Shown: in pieces, positions 51,512 to 60,129 of the stretch
How the letters are laid out: every line of letters starts with the position of its first letter
How positions within the stretch are numbered: position 1 is the stretch's first letter
Virus record (IMG/VR): IMGVR_UViG_3300013117_000027
DNA length: 64,000 nucleotides
Direction: 5' to 3' (one strand)
From: a virus
Notes under the pieces: model-generated
Told to the model about the DNA's origin: nothing
The model's database searches: none
Seen by the model: the letters and a program-made list of their open reading frames with translations, nothing else
Translations under genes and position numbers: made by a program

Positions 51512-52221
51512 TAATGCCTTACTACAACAGATTCAAACATCTTAGTAATACTTTAGTATCTTTTAAGGAACACTATAGTGACTTAGAATATGAGGTATTG
51601 ATAGTAGAAGACTTTAAAAATCAAATGGATAGTGTAGAACATATAAATCTACACTCTCTTATAGAAGAGTATGAAGATGACTGTAATATAAAAGTGATTT
51701 CTTACGATAAGAATCCGTGTTACAATCCTGCTGAGATGTTTAACATAGGAGTTGAAGAAGCAAAATATGATAGAATAGTACTAACTAATCCTGAATGTTT
51801 CCACGAAAGTAATATACTAAAAGGACTAGAGAGTTACTCAATGAGTGACTACATTGTATGTGCATGTGCTTCTGTTGTAAAACAGAATCAGGTCACTAGT
51901 ATAAAAGATTTTAAGTCAATGTTTCACATGTGGTACATTCATAGCCAACACTACCCAAGGAAGTTACACTTTTGTTCTTGTATATCTAAGGATAACTATA
52001 AAGCTATTGGAGGTTTTGATGAAGAATACCTCAAAGGGATAGCATACGAAGATGACGACTTCGCGTTAAAAGTAGAGCAGGGTAAGATTAACATAGTACA
52101 TGCCGATGAACTTATAGTTCTTCATCAAGATCATTCAAGACAGTATGGTAACAGTAACTATATGCAACTTCTTAATGTTAACAAAGCCTACTTTAACAAA
52201 AAATGGGGAAGAAATGATTAA
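51499..52221 (+). CDS. GT2-family glycosyltransferase with GT7C-like C-terminus
   Basis: FSIIMPYYNR, EVLIVED, FNIGV, IGGFDEEY..GIAYEDDDF. Confidence 0.85.
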   Translation: MFSIIMPYYNRFKHLSNTLVSFKEHYSDLEYEVLIVEDFKNQMDSVEHINLHSLIEEYEDDCNIKVISYDKNPCYNPAEMFNIGVEEAKYDRIVLTNPECFHESNILKGLESYSMSDYIVCACASVVKQNQVTSIKDFKSMFHMWYIHSQHYPRKLHFCSCISKDNYKAIGGFDEEYLKGIAYEDDDFALKVEQGKINIVHADELIVLHQDHSRQYGNSNYMQLLNVNKAYFNKKWGRND

Positions 52222-52417
52222 GACGTATACGTGTACAGGATGTAAGAAAGACAACGCTAAGGTATCTATAGATCAAGGTAGTACTGATAGCAAATATGGT
52301 ATACTAGGATTAGTAGACCTGTACGACGCCAGACTTACAAAAGATATGGTTGTTTGTAACAAGTGCAAAGAAGTTATTTATAAGTATGAAGATACAAGAC
52401 ATACAAAGGACAGATAA
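52214..52417 (+). CDS. Small zinc-finger-like protein
   Basis: CTGC...CNKC; start at ATG 52214 overlapping the previous gene end. Confidence 0.5.
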   Translation: MIKTYTCTGCKKDNAKVSIDQGSTDSKYGILGLVDLYDARLTKDMVVCNKCKEVIYKYEDTRHTKDR

Positions 52418-52542
52418 TGAAAGTTAAAGTTGGAGATAAAGTATACGATGCCAAGAAAGAACCTGTGATGGTTATCTTGGAAGGCAATGATAAAGAAAAT
52501 ATAGCTAAAGAGAATCTCGAGAAATCAGATAAATATTTATAA
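52417..52542 (+). CDS. Small hypothetical protein (41 aa, possibly truncated)
   Basis: TAATG coupled, AAGGA RBS; MKVKVGDKVYDAKKEPVMVIL... Confidence 0.4.
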   Translation: MKVKVGDKVYDAKKEPVMVILEGNDKENIAKENLEKSDKYL

Positions 52543-52553
52543 AGGAACAACAT

Positions 52554-54914
52554 ATGATAAACATATATGGTCCAGTTAATAACTTGGGTTATGGGATACA
52601 TAACTCGAATATGATCAAAGCGTTACAAGATAATAACGTTGACGTTAACTTGACCCAAATAGGACAAGTACAACAGTGTAACTATTATAAAGAGTATGTA
52701 ACAAAAGCACACAATAACTATAGATCATTTGATAAGAATAATCCTAGTTTGGTAATATTTCACGATGAATATTTACATCAATCTTGCGGTAATCCTATAA
52801 TAGCTTACTCTATATTTGAAACTACCAAACTTTCAGAAAGAGCATTGTATAATCTTAACAATGTTGCTGATAGGGTGTTTACTACTACCAAGGAACACAA
52901 AGAGATCCTAATAGATAACGGTGTGACAACACCTATCTTTGTGGTACCAGAAGGTGTAGATCCTGAGTTATATAATACATCAGGCAATAAGTATATAGAA
53001 ACAGGTAAGCCTACTTATATAACAGTAGGTAAGTGTGAAGAACGTAAAAATACTGACATGATCATACGATCATTCGTAGAGACAATGCAGTACAAAGAAT
53101 GTGCACTTATAGCTCATACTTATAATGTATTTACCACTAGATTTATGTGTGAAAAGTTTAACTTCGAAGCCCTCGGATTTAAACGCACAGAGAATGGTAA
53201 TTGGATGCTTTGGAGTAATGGTATATGTGACATATATTTTACCAAACCTATAAGCGATATCAAAAAGATGAAAAGTCTCTATCTCTCAGCCAATGTGGGC
53301 ATTGCTTATTCACGTGCCGAAGGATGGGATCTACCTTGTCATTTATCTGGTACTAAAATAATAACTAATACTGGAGTTAAGAATATAGAAGATGTTACAA
53401 CTAAAGACAAATTACTAACACACAAAGGTAACTTCAAAAATGTTCTTATACCTATGAAAAAGAAAAATAAACATGATATTTATAATATCAAATGTTTTGG
53501 AAATGTATCTACTATTAATGCAACACAAGATCATCCAATATATTGTATAAAGAAATCAAATATTGATAAATATAGAGATATGTATTATATTGAGCCTGAA
53601 TGGGTGAAAGCTAAAGATATAAGAAAAGGTGATGTTATTATTAAATCTATTCCAAAAGAAATAGATACAAATACTATAATAGATCTAACAATGTTAGATA
53701 AGAATCTTTGTTATAATAATGAACATGTGTGGTATAAAGAAAGTTATAATACATCTAATAACCAATCGTATACTTCTTTATCGTCTAAATATAATACAAC
53801 CAAAGGTATATTAGAGAAAGCTTTTAAACATATATGTTTAAAAACTAATCCTAAAAAAGGTTATGAAACAGAAAAGATTTATAATCTTCTTATAAAAGAT
53901 AAGGTACAACCAAAAGAAAATATTAAATTTAATAGATACATAGATATTAAAGATATATCAAAACTTATAGGTCTTTATATAGCAGAAGGATCAAAAGATA
54001 AATCTAAAATTGTATTTACTATACATGAGAAAGAAGAACAAGAATGTCTTTCTATGATAACAAAACAAAACTGTTTCCTCTCAGATGACAATAATATATG
54101 GACCAAAAAACACAAAGACTCCAAAGCAGTAGATATATGTATTAGTGGTAAGATACTAAGTATACTTATGTGTTCTTTATGTGGAGAAAATGCACATACT
54201 AAACGTATACCTTATCAGTTATTATATGGAGATATTAGTTCTTTAAAGAATCTTACTGATTGGGCAGTGTATGGTGATGGTTATATTAACAATAATATTG
54301 TATCATATACTACTGTATCTAAACAACTTCGCGATGAAATTACAATAGCATTTGAAAGATTCGGTTACATACCTAAAATATCATATGATAATAGAGGTGT
54401 ATATACTATATGGTATAATTCTAATATTAATAATATGTCTAAAAATATCAAATGTTGGTATCATAAGTATGGAATAGCTAAGCTTGTACATAGAGTTACT
54501 AAAAATAGTGAATATAATGGGTATGTCTATAACTTTTCAGTAGATACTGACAATTCTTATACATTATGTAATGGAACTACTCACAATTGTATGGAGTTAA
54601 TGGCGTGCGGTATACCTACTATCGCCTCTAACGTTATTGGACACTCAGAGTATCTCCCTGGCTCTCCTAAGATACAACAAGATCTTATAGTAGAACCTAT
54701 TGGTAAGGAACTTGCTCAAGATGGAGTGTGGTTCCATGGAGATAAAGGAGACTGGTACACTATGAATAAAGACGATCTTTCAGAAAAACTTGAAGAAACA
54801 TTCGATGATATAGAATTATACTCTGAGCCAAGTGTAGAATTATCAGAGTATTACCATACAAATTACAACTGGTCTCTAGCTGCATTAAAAATCAGAGAGA
54901 TATTGGAAGTGTAG
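52554..54914 (+). CDS. GT4-family glycosyltransferase, intein-containing
   Basis: LGYGIH, IFETT, VPEGVD, EERKN; spliced motif AEGWDLPCMELMACGIP. Confidence 0.9.
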   Translation: MINIYGPVNNLGYGIHNSNMIKALQDNNVDVNLTQIGQVQQCNYYKEYVTKAHNNYRSFDKNNPSLVIFHDEYLHQSCGNPIIAYSIFETTKLSERALYNLNNVADRVFTTTKEHKEILIDNGVTTPIFVVPEGVDPELYNTSGNKYIETGKPTYITVGKCEERKNTDMIIRSFVETMQYKECALIAHTYNVFTTRFMCEKFNFEALGFKRTENGNWMLWSNGICDIYFTKPISDIKKMKSLYLSANVGIAYSRAEGWDLPCHLSGTKIITNTGVKNIEDVTTKDKLLTHKGNFKNVLIPMKKKNKHDIYNIKCFGNVSTINATQDHPIYCIKKSNIDKYRDMYYIEPEWVKAKDIRKGDVIIKSIPKEIDTNTIIDLTMLDKNLCYNNEHVWYKESYNTSNNQSYTSLSSKYNTTKGILEKAFKHICLKTNPKKGYETEKIYNLLIKDKVQPKENIKFNRYIDIKDISKLIGLYIAEGSKDKSKIVFTIHEKEEQECLSMITKQNCFLSDDNNIWTKKHKDSKAVDICISGKILSILMCSLCGENAHTKRIPYQLLYGDISSLKNLTDWAVYGDGYINNNIVSYTTVSKQLRDEITIAFERFGYIPKISYDNRGVYTIWYNSNINNMSKNIKCWYHKYGIAKLVHRVTKNSEYNGYVYNFSVDTDNSYTLCNGTTHNCMELMACGIPTIASNVIGHSEYLPGSPKIQQDLIVEPIGKELAQDGVWFHGDKGDWYTMNKDDLSEKLEETFDDIELYSEPSVELSEYYHTNYNWSLAALKIREILEV
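53337..54587 (+). mobile_element. Intein (417 aa) in a GT4 glycosyltransferase
   Basis: EGWDLP|CHLSGTKI...TQDHP...GLYIAEG...YGDG...TTHN|CME. Confidence 0.92.
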
Positions 54915-54965
54915 ATGTATACTATTAAGTAACTAGGTCTCATTCACCCTTATCAAGGAGCAAAC

Positions 54966-55250
54966 ATGGAAAAGAAGACCTCAAAACTATCTACAAGCAT
55001 CCAAGATAAACGCTTAGAGATACACTATGATGAGAAGGTAATCAATACCTTTAAAGGTGACATCAAGGTTAAGCTTAAAGGAAAGATTAACTGTCCTGTA
55101 CTTAACTGTAAGATTACATCCCTTGTGTGTTCTAAACTCATGGAATCCAACGGATGGCCTCGCGGAATACACCCTCATATCTGTGCTAACTTTAGATGCT
55201 ATATCAATAAAGTTATAGCTAAAAACAAAGACAAAAGAAGGAAGGGTTAA
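54966..55250 (+). CDS. Cys-containing hypothetical protein
   Basis: AAGGAG RBS. Confidence 0.5.
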   Translation: MEKKTSKLSTSIQDKRLEIHYDEKVINTFKGDIKVKLKGKINCPVLNCKITSLVCSKLMESNGWPRGIHPHICANFRCYINKVIAKNKDKRRKG

Positions 55251-55251
55251 T

Positions 55252-55776
55252 ATGAACACAAAGACAAAGAACGTATACATAATCGGCGACATCACTACAG
55301 ACACTATCAAAGAGATAGTACTAGACCTTAATGAAGATAAGAAGATAGCAGAGTTAGAAGAACTTAATATCTATATATCTTCTGCTGGAGGTGATCTCTA
55401 TGCATGTTTAGGTATGATCGACTTTATTAATTATCAACGTAAAAAGTATGGGTATAAGATTAACACATATGGACTAGGCGAAGTAGCATCAGGAGGATTC
55501 TTTATGTTCGTCTTAGGAAACAATAGGTATATGTCTCCTATGTGTAGAATATTTGTCCACGAACATATAGTGGTAGACGATGAGTGCTGGACCTATAGTG
55601 AAAAAATAAAAGAACTTAAAGAAGAAAAAATACTTAATAGGTACTATATAAAGTCTGTAGCAGACAGTCTTGATCTTAGTATAAAAGATGCAACTAAACT
55701 TCTTAGAAAAGATAAATGGCTTACTAAGAAAGAGATAGATAGGTATAATATTGTTACAGGAGACATATATGAGTAG
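55252..55776 (+). CDS. ClpP-like protease
   Basis: IYISSAGGD, GEVASGG (catalytic Ser), FVHEH. Confidence 0.8.
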   Translation: MNTKTKNVYIIGDITTDTIKEIVLDLNEDKKIAELEELNIYISSAGGDLYACLGMIDFINYQRKKYGYKINTYGLGEVASGGFFMFVLGNNRYMSPMCRIFVHEHIVVDDECWTYSEKIKELKEEKILNRYYIKSVADSLDLSIKDATKLLRKDKWLTKKEIDRYNIVTGDIYE

Positions 55777-55987
55777 CCAAGATATTAAAGAACTAATAGA
55801 ATCAATAGATGATACTCTTGTAGACGAGACAGTAGATGCTTCTCTTATTCCTACGAGGTGTTTAACATGTCTTAATAACCCTATATGTCATGGCCTGACT
55901 TCGACATTAAGTCTTGTTAAAATAGGTATAAAGGTTCAGGTAGATAGATGTAGATACTATAGGAAATCAATTGATCAGTCAGCCTAA
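55769..55987 (+). CDS. Small Cys-containing hypothetical protein
   Basis: AGGAG RBS before ATG 55769; CLTC..C...C. Confidence 0.5.
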   Translation: MSSQDIKELIESIDDTLVDETVDASLIPTRCLTCLNNPICHGLTSTLSLVKIGIKVQVDRCRYYRKSIDQSA

Positions 55988-56297
55988 ACTCACGAAACTT
56001 TTACAAGAAAAAGCTCAAGATTATAGAACATCTATAGACTTTGTTAATGCTATACATAAAGCAGGACTGAGTCAACCTTGTTGTATGATAGTAGAGCTTC
56101 TCTTTTTAAACAAGACTTACGATAGGATTAAGTTTGTTCTACTGTTCACAGACAAAGCGTTTGAGAAATACGTAGATGAACTGTACGAGTTCTTACTACA
56201 GTATGACTCTAATAAGAATACTGAACTTCTAAGATTTAAGAAAAAAGAGTCTTGGTGGACTAGACTTCTTAACTTGTTCTATAAAAAAAGGACTTAA
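55971..56297 (+). CDS. Hypothetical protein
   Basis: TTG start with AGGA RBS; last gene of the + strand block. Confidence 0.45.
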   Translation: MISQPKLTKLLQEKAQDYRTSIDFVNAIHKAGLSQPCCMIVELLFLNKTYDRIKFVLLFTDKAFEKYVDELYEFLLQYDSNKNTELLRFKKKESWWTRLLNLFYKKRT

Positions 56298-56301
56298 AGT
56301 C

Positions 56302-56487
56302 CTAATGTATTACATGTACCATTATCTTATACTTATAAGGTAACTTAGAGTACCATTGTACAAAGTCTACAATACTTTTTAGGTCTCCTCGTTCTGAACA
56401 GTCACCTGCATGTACAACGACGTCGCCGTCAGGCATCTTAAGTTTATCATGCATGCCATGTGTATCACTAATCGCTACTATCTTCAT
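56302..56487 (-). pseudogene. Truncated calcineurin-like metallophosphoesterase
   Basis: ISDTH and HAGD motifs present; stops just before the expected GNHD motif. Confidence 0.75.
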
Positions 56488-56689
56488 CGTCTGTCTCCGT
56501 ATTATACTCTGCCCAAGCTAGTAACATCTCCATCCATTCTTCTGGATACTTATCTTCATCTAGATCTATATTAAACGAAAAGTGTTGTAGATCATCTATA
56601 AGTTTATGTATAAATAGATCTAATGTTATCTTTTCTGGATGACATATCTCTGCTAACTTGCTAAGTTTTTTTCCTTTAAATGTTCTCAT
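56468..56689 (-). CDS. Hypothetical protein
   Basis: Coupled ORF. Confidence 0.45.
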   Translation of the reverse strand: MRTFKGKKLSKLAEICHPEKITLDLFIHKLIDDLQHFSFNIDLDEDKYPEEWMEMLLAWAEYNTETDDEDSSD

Positions 56690-57036
56690 TAGAATGGTAA
56701 CTCACGAGCTGTGCCACTTTCTTGCGAAGCACCTGTTACTTGGTTCTCATGATTTTGTCTGAATACTTCTTCTGGATCCATATTTTTATATTTGTTAGCG
56801 AATCCTTTTCCAACTTCTTTTATGAGTTCATCACTTAAAGAACCCATTACATTAGCGAACGCTTTCCTGGCGTCTTCCATACTCTTCTTAGATGTGTACT
56901 CATGTACAACCGAGTCATATTCATAAGTGTTAATCTTGGTATCTACTTTAATAGTAGAACTCTTTACTAACTTTATTGTGTACTCTGTCTTATTAGTGCC
57001 GAGTGTCTTCGTTGTTGTTTCTATTAACTTAAACAT
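56689..57036 (-). CDS. Hypothetical protein with ELPF C-terminus
   Basis: GGAG RBS; ends ...ARELPF. Confidence 0.5.
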   Translation of the reverse strand: MFKLIETTTKTLGTNKTEYTIKLVKSSTIKVDTKINTYEYDSVVHEYTSKKSMEDARKAFANVMGSLSDELIKEVGKGFANKYKNMDPEEVFRQNHENQVTGASQESGTARELPF

Positions 57037-57044
57037 CTTATCTC

Positions 57045-57893
57045 CTAGTAGTTTAAATATATACGTGTTATATCTTTGTACTCTTCAACAGTAGAATCAT
57101 TCATCTCTCTTAAGAGTTTTATCTCTGGGATAGAGTAAGGTCTATCGTATTCTATCCCGAATCTCATCTTGATAGTGTCTACTATATCTTTATCTAGATG
57201 TGATAACTCGTTTGTTATCATTGTTCTCATGACTGTCATTATCTCATGAGATCTATCTTCTGATGCTATGTCTTCTGTAACACCTACTATGAATGTTTCA
57301 TCTGACGCTCCAGAGTTAAGATCTATAAGTTTCATTATACTTTCTATCATATTTACTTTAAGATCAACCGCTTTATTCTTCATGACTCTGACTTTGATCT
57401 CTTCTGCTGTAGGAAGATTACCTTGAAGTTCTGTTAAGAGTTCTGAAGAAGCTTCTAGTACATTCTTGATGTTCCTTGCCATTTCTCTAGGAGCCTTAAC
57501 AAGTTTGTTCTCTTTTATAAGATCTATGATGTTCTTAAGAACGTAGTGAAAAGCAAACGTAGTGAAGTTAACTCCTACCTCAGGATCGAATCTGTCTACA
57601 GCTTCTATGATCCCTACCTGGGCTTGCTGAAAGACATCGTCTATGATAGTGTTGTTATTGATTTTCCTACAGTACTTAATAGCGTACTTCATGCCAAAGC
57701 CACCGTTAGAGATTATGATTCTATCTCTTAAAGCTTTGTACTTTTTGAACAGCGAGGGATTACCAGGCAGAAGTGTCTCCATTAAGCGGAGTTGCCTGAA
57801 GTTATCTATATTTTCTGCTTTAGGTGGGAGAGGATACTTATTTATGTATGCCTCTATTCTTTTGCGAAGTCTAGCGTATGGGTCTTTTTTCAT
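57045..57893 (-). CDS. Sigma70-family RNA polymerase sigma factor
   Basis: Region 2 DVFQQAQVGIIEAVDRFDPEVGVNFTTFA, region 3 PTAEEI, region 4-like IKMRFGIE...YSIPEI. Confidence 0.85.
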   Translation of the reverse strand: MKKDPYARLRKRIEAYINKYPLPPKAENIDNFRQLRLMETLLPGNPSLFKKYKALRDRIIISNGGFGMKYAIKYCRKINNNTIIDDVFQQAQVGIIEAVDRFDPEVGVNFTTFAFHYVLKNIIDLIKENKLVKAPREMARNIKNVLEASSELLTELQGNLPTAEEIKVRVMKNKAVDLKVNMIESIMKLIDLNSGASDETFIVGVTEDIASEDRSHEIMTVMRTMITNELSHLDKDIVDTIKMRFGIEYDRPYSIPEIKLLREMNDSTVEEYKDITRIYLNY

Positions 57894-58207
57894 TAAAGTT
57901 TCTCCACGACATTACCAGGGATCCCTTGATTATTAAACTTGTTAACAAGCTTAGCACTTTGGTCTATAACAAAGTCTGGACATTGGTAATTTCGTGAGTC
58001 TTTTATCTTGTAATCCCATATATAGTCATATAGATCGTTTTCAATACACCATACAACCATGTCTTCCTGAGTTAATTCAGAATCCCATAAGTATATATGT
58101 TTGCCAACATCTATAAGTAGTTTCAGTTCTTGTTTTAATCTTTTAATATCACTATTGAGTATTACTTTAAAGTCTATGTAAATATCTACTGCATTCTTTA
58201 TGTTCAT
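57893..58207 (-). CDS. Hypothetical protein (possible degenerate HAD-like fold)
   Basis: IYIDF...IYLW...PDFVID pattern. Confidence 0.4.
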   Translation of the reverse strand: MNIKNAVDIYIDFKVILNSDIKRLKQELKLLIDVGKHIYLWDSELTQEDMVVWCIENDLYDYIWDYKIKDSRNYQCPDFVIDQSAKLVNKFNNQGIPGNVVEKL

Positions 58208-58209
58208 GC

Positions 58210-58368
58210 TTACCTTTGTAGTTCGTTATCGAGTTGTTCTACTAAAGACATGAAGTCCTCGAAGTGTAAAGCACAGTACACGTCACTACGGTTATGTTTA
58301 AAAACAAGTAGCGGTGTAAGGTCCCTATTATCTCTAGCGCTCTGCTCCAAGGAACTCCATGTATTATT
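58210..58368 (-). pseudogene. C-terminal half of a phage Holliday-junction-resolvase-like gene
   Basis: Unlisted frame NNTWSSLEQSARDNRDLTPLLVFKHNRSDVYCALHFEDFMSL...stop; no N-terminal half nearby. Confidence 0.6.
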
Positions 58369-59159
58369 TATCTTAGTCCACCAGCTAGTCTTATACGAAT
58401 ATCTTTTTTAAAAGATTCTTCTTGAGCATCTAACCATTCTAACAACTTTATTAAACTTTTTTCTTCTAATGAACCTTTTATACTATTAGATGATTTAGAT
58501 ATCATCTGAATATTATCTTTATTAGACGGCCCACCTTTTGACACCGGAATTATATGATCAAATACCATATTTTTATATGTTACTATTCTATTAGAATCGT
58601 ACTTACATGTTTTACCATATGAATCTAATATAATCTGTCGTATATCATCTAATGTGATATTACATTCTGTGTTATACTTTTTTGATCTAGCTACCATACA
58701 TGTTTTAGCGTTAATAGATTTCTTTAATAGTTTATCAGCTATTTTATCTATATTACGTTTATGATATAACTTCAACATAGATATATATTTCTCTTTCCAT
58801 ATATCTTTGCTATGTTTCTTTCTTTTTCGTACTCGTCTTCTTTCATTCTTAACTTTTATATATTCTTTAGAAGGTGGATTTCTTTTGTTCCATGCTTTCT
58901 TTATACATTTATTTGAACAGTATTTTCGTTTATGCTTACTTTTAAACGAACCATTACAATGTGAACATATACCTGTATATAATGAACGTTCGGTTTTGTT
59001 CTTCAGTATGTTATCTTTTGAAAGTTGTTTATGTTTATCCCAATTGCCAATCTTTTTAAGATTGTTTAATATAGTTGATTTAGAGATGTTATATTTTTTT
59101 GATAACTCTCTAGTGGACTTCCCACTTATGTATTCTTTAAGAATATCATTATATAGCAT
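58368..59159 (-). CDS. Free-standing HNH homing endonuclease
   Basis: N-terminal HTH, CSHC..YCSNKC, FDHIIPVSKGGPSNKDNIQMISKSSNSIKG; own promoter and AGGAG RBS. Confidence 0.85.
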   Translation of the reverse strand: MLYNDILKEYISGKSTRELSKKYNISKSTILNNLKKIGNWDKHKQLSKDNILKNKTERSLYTGICSHCNGSFKSKHKRKYCSNKCIKKAWNKRNPPSKEYIKVKNERRRVRKRKKHSKDIWKEKYISMLKLYHKRNIDKIADKLLKKSINAKTCMVARSKKYNTECNITLDDIRQIILDSYGKTCKYDSNRIVTYKNMVFDHIIPVSKGGPSNKDNIQMISKSSNSIKGSLEEKSLIKLLEWLDAQEESFKKDIRIRLAGGLR

Positions 59160-59187
59160 ACTACTCCTAGTTTAGTTAGTATACTAT

Positions 59188-59216
59188 AATGTAGTACATT
59201 CACATACAAATGTCAA
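59188..59216 (-). promoter_or_regulatory. Sigma70-type promoter with TGYNAAT spacer element and A-rich UP tract
   Basis: TTGACA-tttgtaTGTGAATgtac-TACATT. Confidence 0.65.
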
Positions 59217-59302
59217 TAGATATTTACTTTTTTTTTTTATTTTTTAGTCTATGTGGTCCGCATCCATCGTTCTCATATGAGTGAATAGTTATCGTATATG
59301 TA

Positions 59303-59617
59303 TTAGGTTGTAGTTGCATTCTTATCCTCTATATATTCTATTGATCCACTCATGTCTTCATACTCTAAGACTCTCGATCCGAATGTGCATTGGAGCCACC
59401 TTTTAAGTATGATCGAATCATCTCCTTTGATACTATGTTTACTACTACTGCTAGCAGTAGGAACATATATCCTAGCATGGTGATTAGGACATAAAAAAAC
59501 CCTGTTAAACTCTTTATTACTTCCACCATCAGATTGTTGCTCGATGTGGTGGGACTCGATCTGTGTCCTGTGTTCTGTTTCATAGTCACATCCTGGAAAG
59601 TTACATTTATAATTCAT
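59303..59617 (-). CDS. Small HNH endonuclease
   Basis: CNFPGC, HHIEQQSDGGSN...LCPNHH. Confidence 0.75.
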   Translation of the reverse strand: MNYKCNFPGCDYETEHRTQIESHHIEQQSDGGSNKEFNRVFLCPNHHARIYVPTASSSSKHSIKGDDSIILKRWLQCTFGSRVLEYEDMSGSIEYIEDKNATTT

Positions 59618-59861
59618 CTAAAAGTTCCTGTGGTATATCTTCGTCGCAATCATTTATTTTTATTGTCATAGGTATGTTTTTAATACAGTCAAGACATATA
59701 ACATTCGTCGTATATGTAGTCATCTCATCAACATCTTCGTATACTAGTACACCTAAATGTTTATTACATATAGGACAATGTACTTGTCTTTCTACTCTTG
59801 TAAATTTGTGACTATATGCTTCTCCATGTATAAATATATGTCTAAAAGTATTAAAGATCAA
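59607..59861 (-). CDS. Small zinc-ribbon protein
   Basis: CPIC...CLDC; start uncertain. Confidence 0.4.
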   Translation of the reverse strand: MIFNTFRHIFIHGEAYSHKFTRVERQVHCPICNKHLGVLVYEDVDEMTTYTTNVICLDCIKNIPMTIKINDCDEDIPQELLDEL

Positions 59862-59903
59862 TATGTCAAATCTATTGTAAATATAATAAAATCAAGGAGT
59901 TAG

Positions 59904-60046
59904 AACGGGGGGTAGGATTCGAACCTACATACTACACATATCCTTGATGAATACCCATGTTTGGTAGCGGCGCTTCACCCGTTAGGGATCCTTTTAAGTA
60001 GGGAATTTAGAGTTCCCCGTGTCTACCATCATTCCACCACCCCCGC
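59904..60046 (-). tRNA. Amber (CUA) tRNA-like gene with 72-nt variable region
   Basis: Acceptor GCGGGGG/CCCCCGT, class II-type D arm GTGGAATGATGGTAGACAC, anticodon arm GGGAA-CTCTAAA-TTCCC, T arm GTAGG-TTCGAAT-CCTAC; no encoded CCA. Confidence 0.8.
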
Positions 60047-60051
60047 ATAAG

Positions 60052-60118
60052 TCGCACTAGCAGGAATCGAACCTACGAAACAGGACAAGAACATCCCTGT
60101 TCCCAACTCCATGGTGCA
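60052..60118 (-). ncRNA. D-armless tRNA-like element
   Basis: TGCACCA/TAGTGCG acceptor-like stem, one hairpin AACAGGG/TCCTGTT, canonical T arm GTAGG-TTCGATT-CCTGC. Confidence 0.5.
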
Positions 60119-60129
60119 AAAAAAAAAAA

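Noticed and set aside
56689-57036. SSB call from the ELPF C-terminus
   Set aside because: The tail is not strongly acidic and no OB-fold signature is recognisable by eye.
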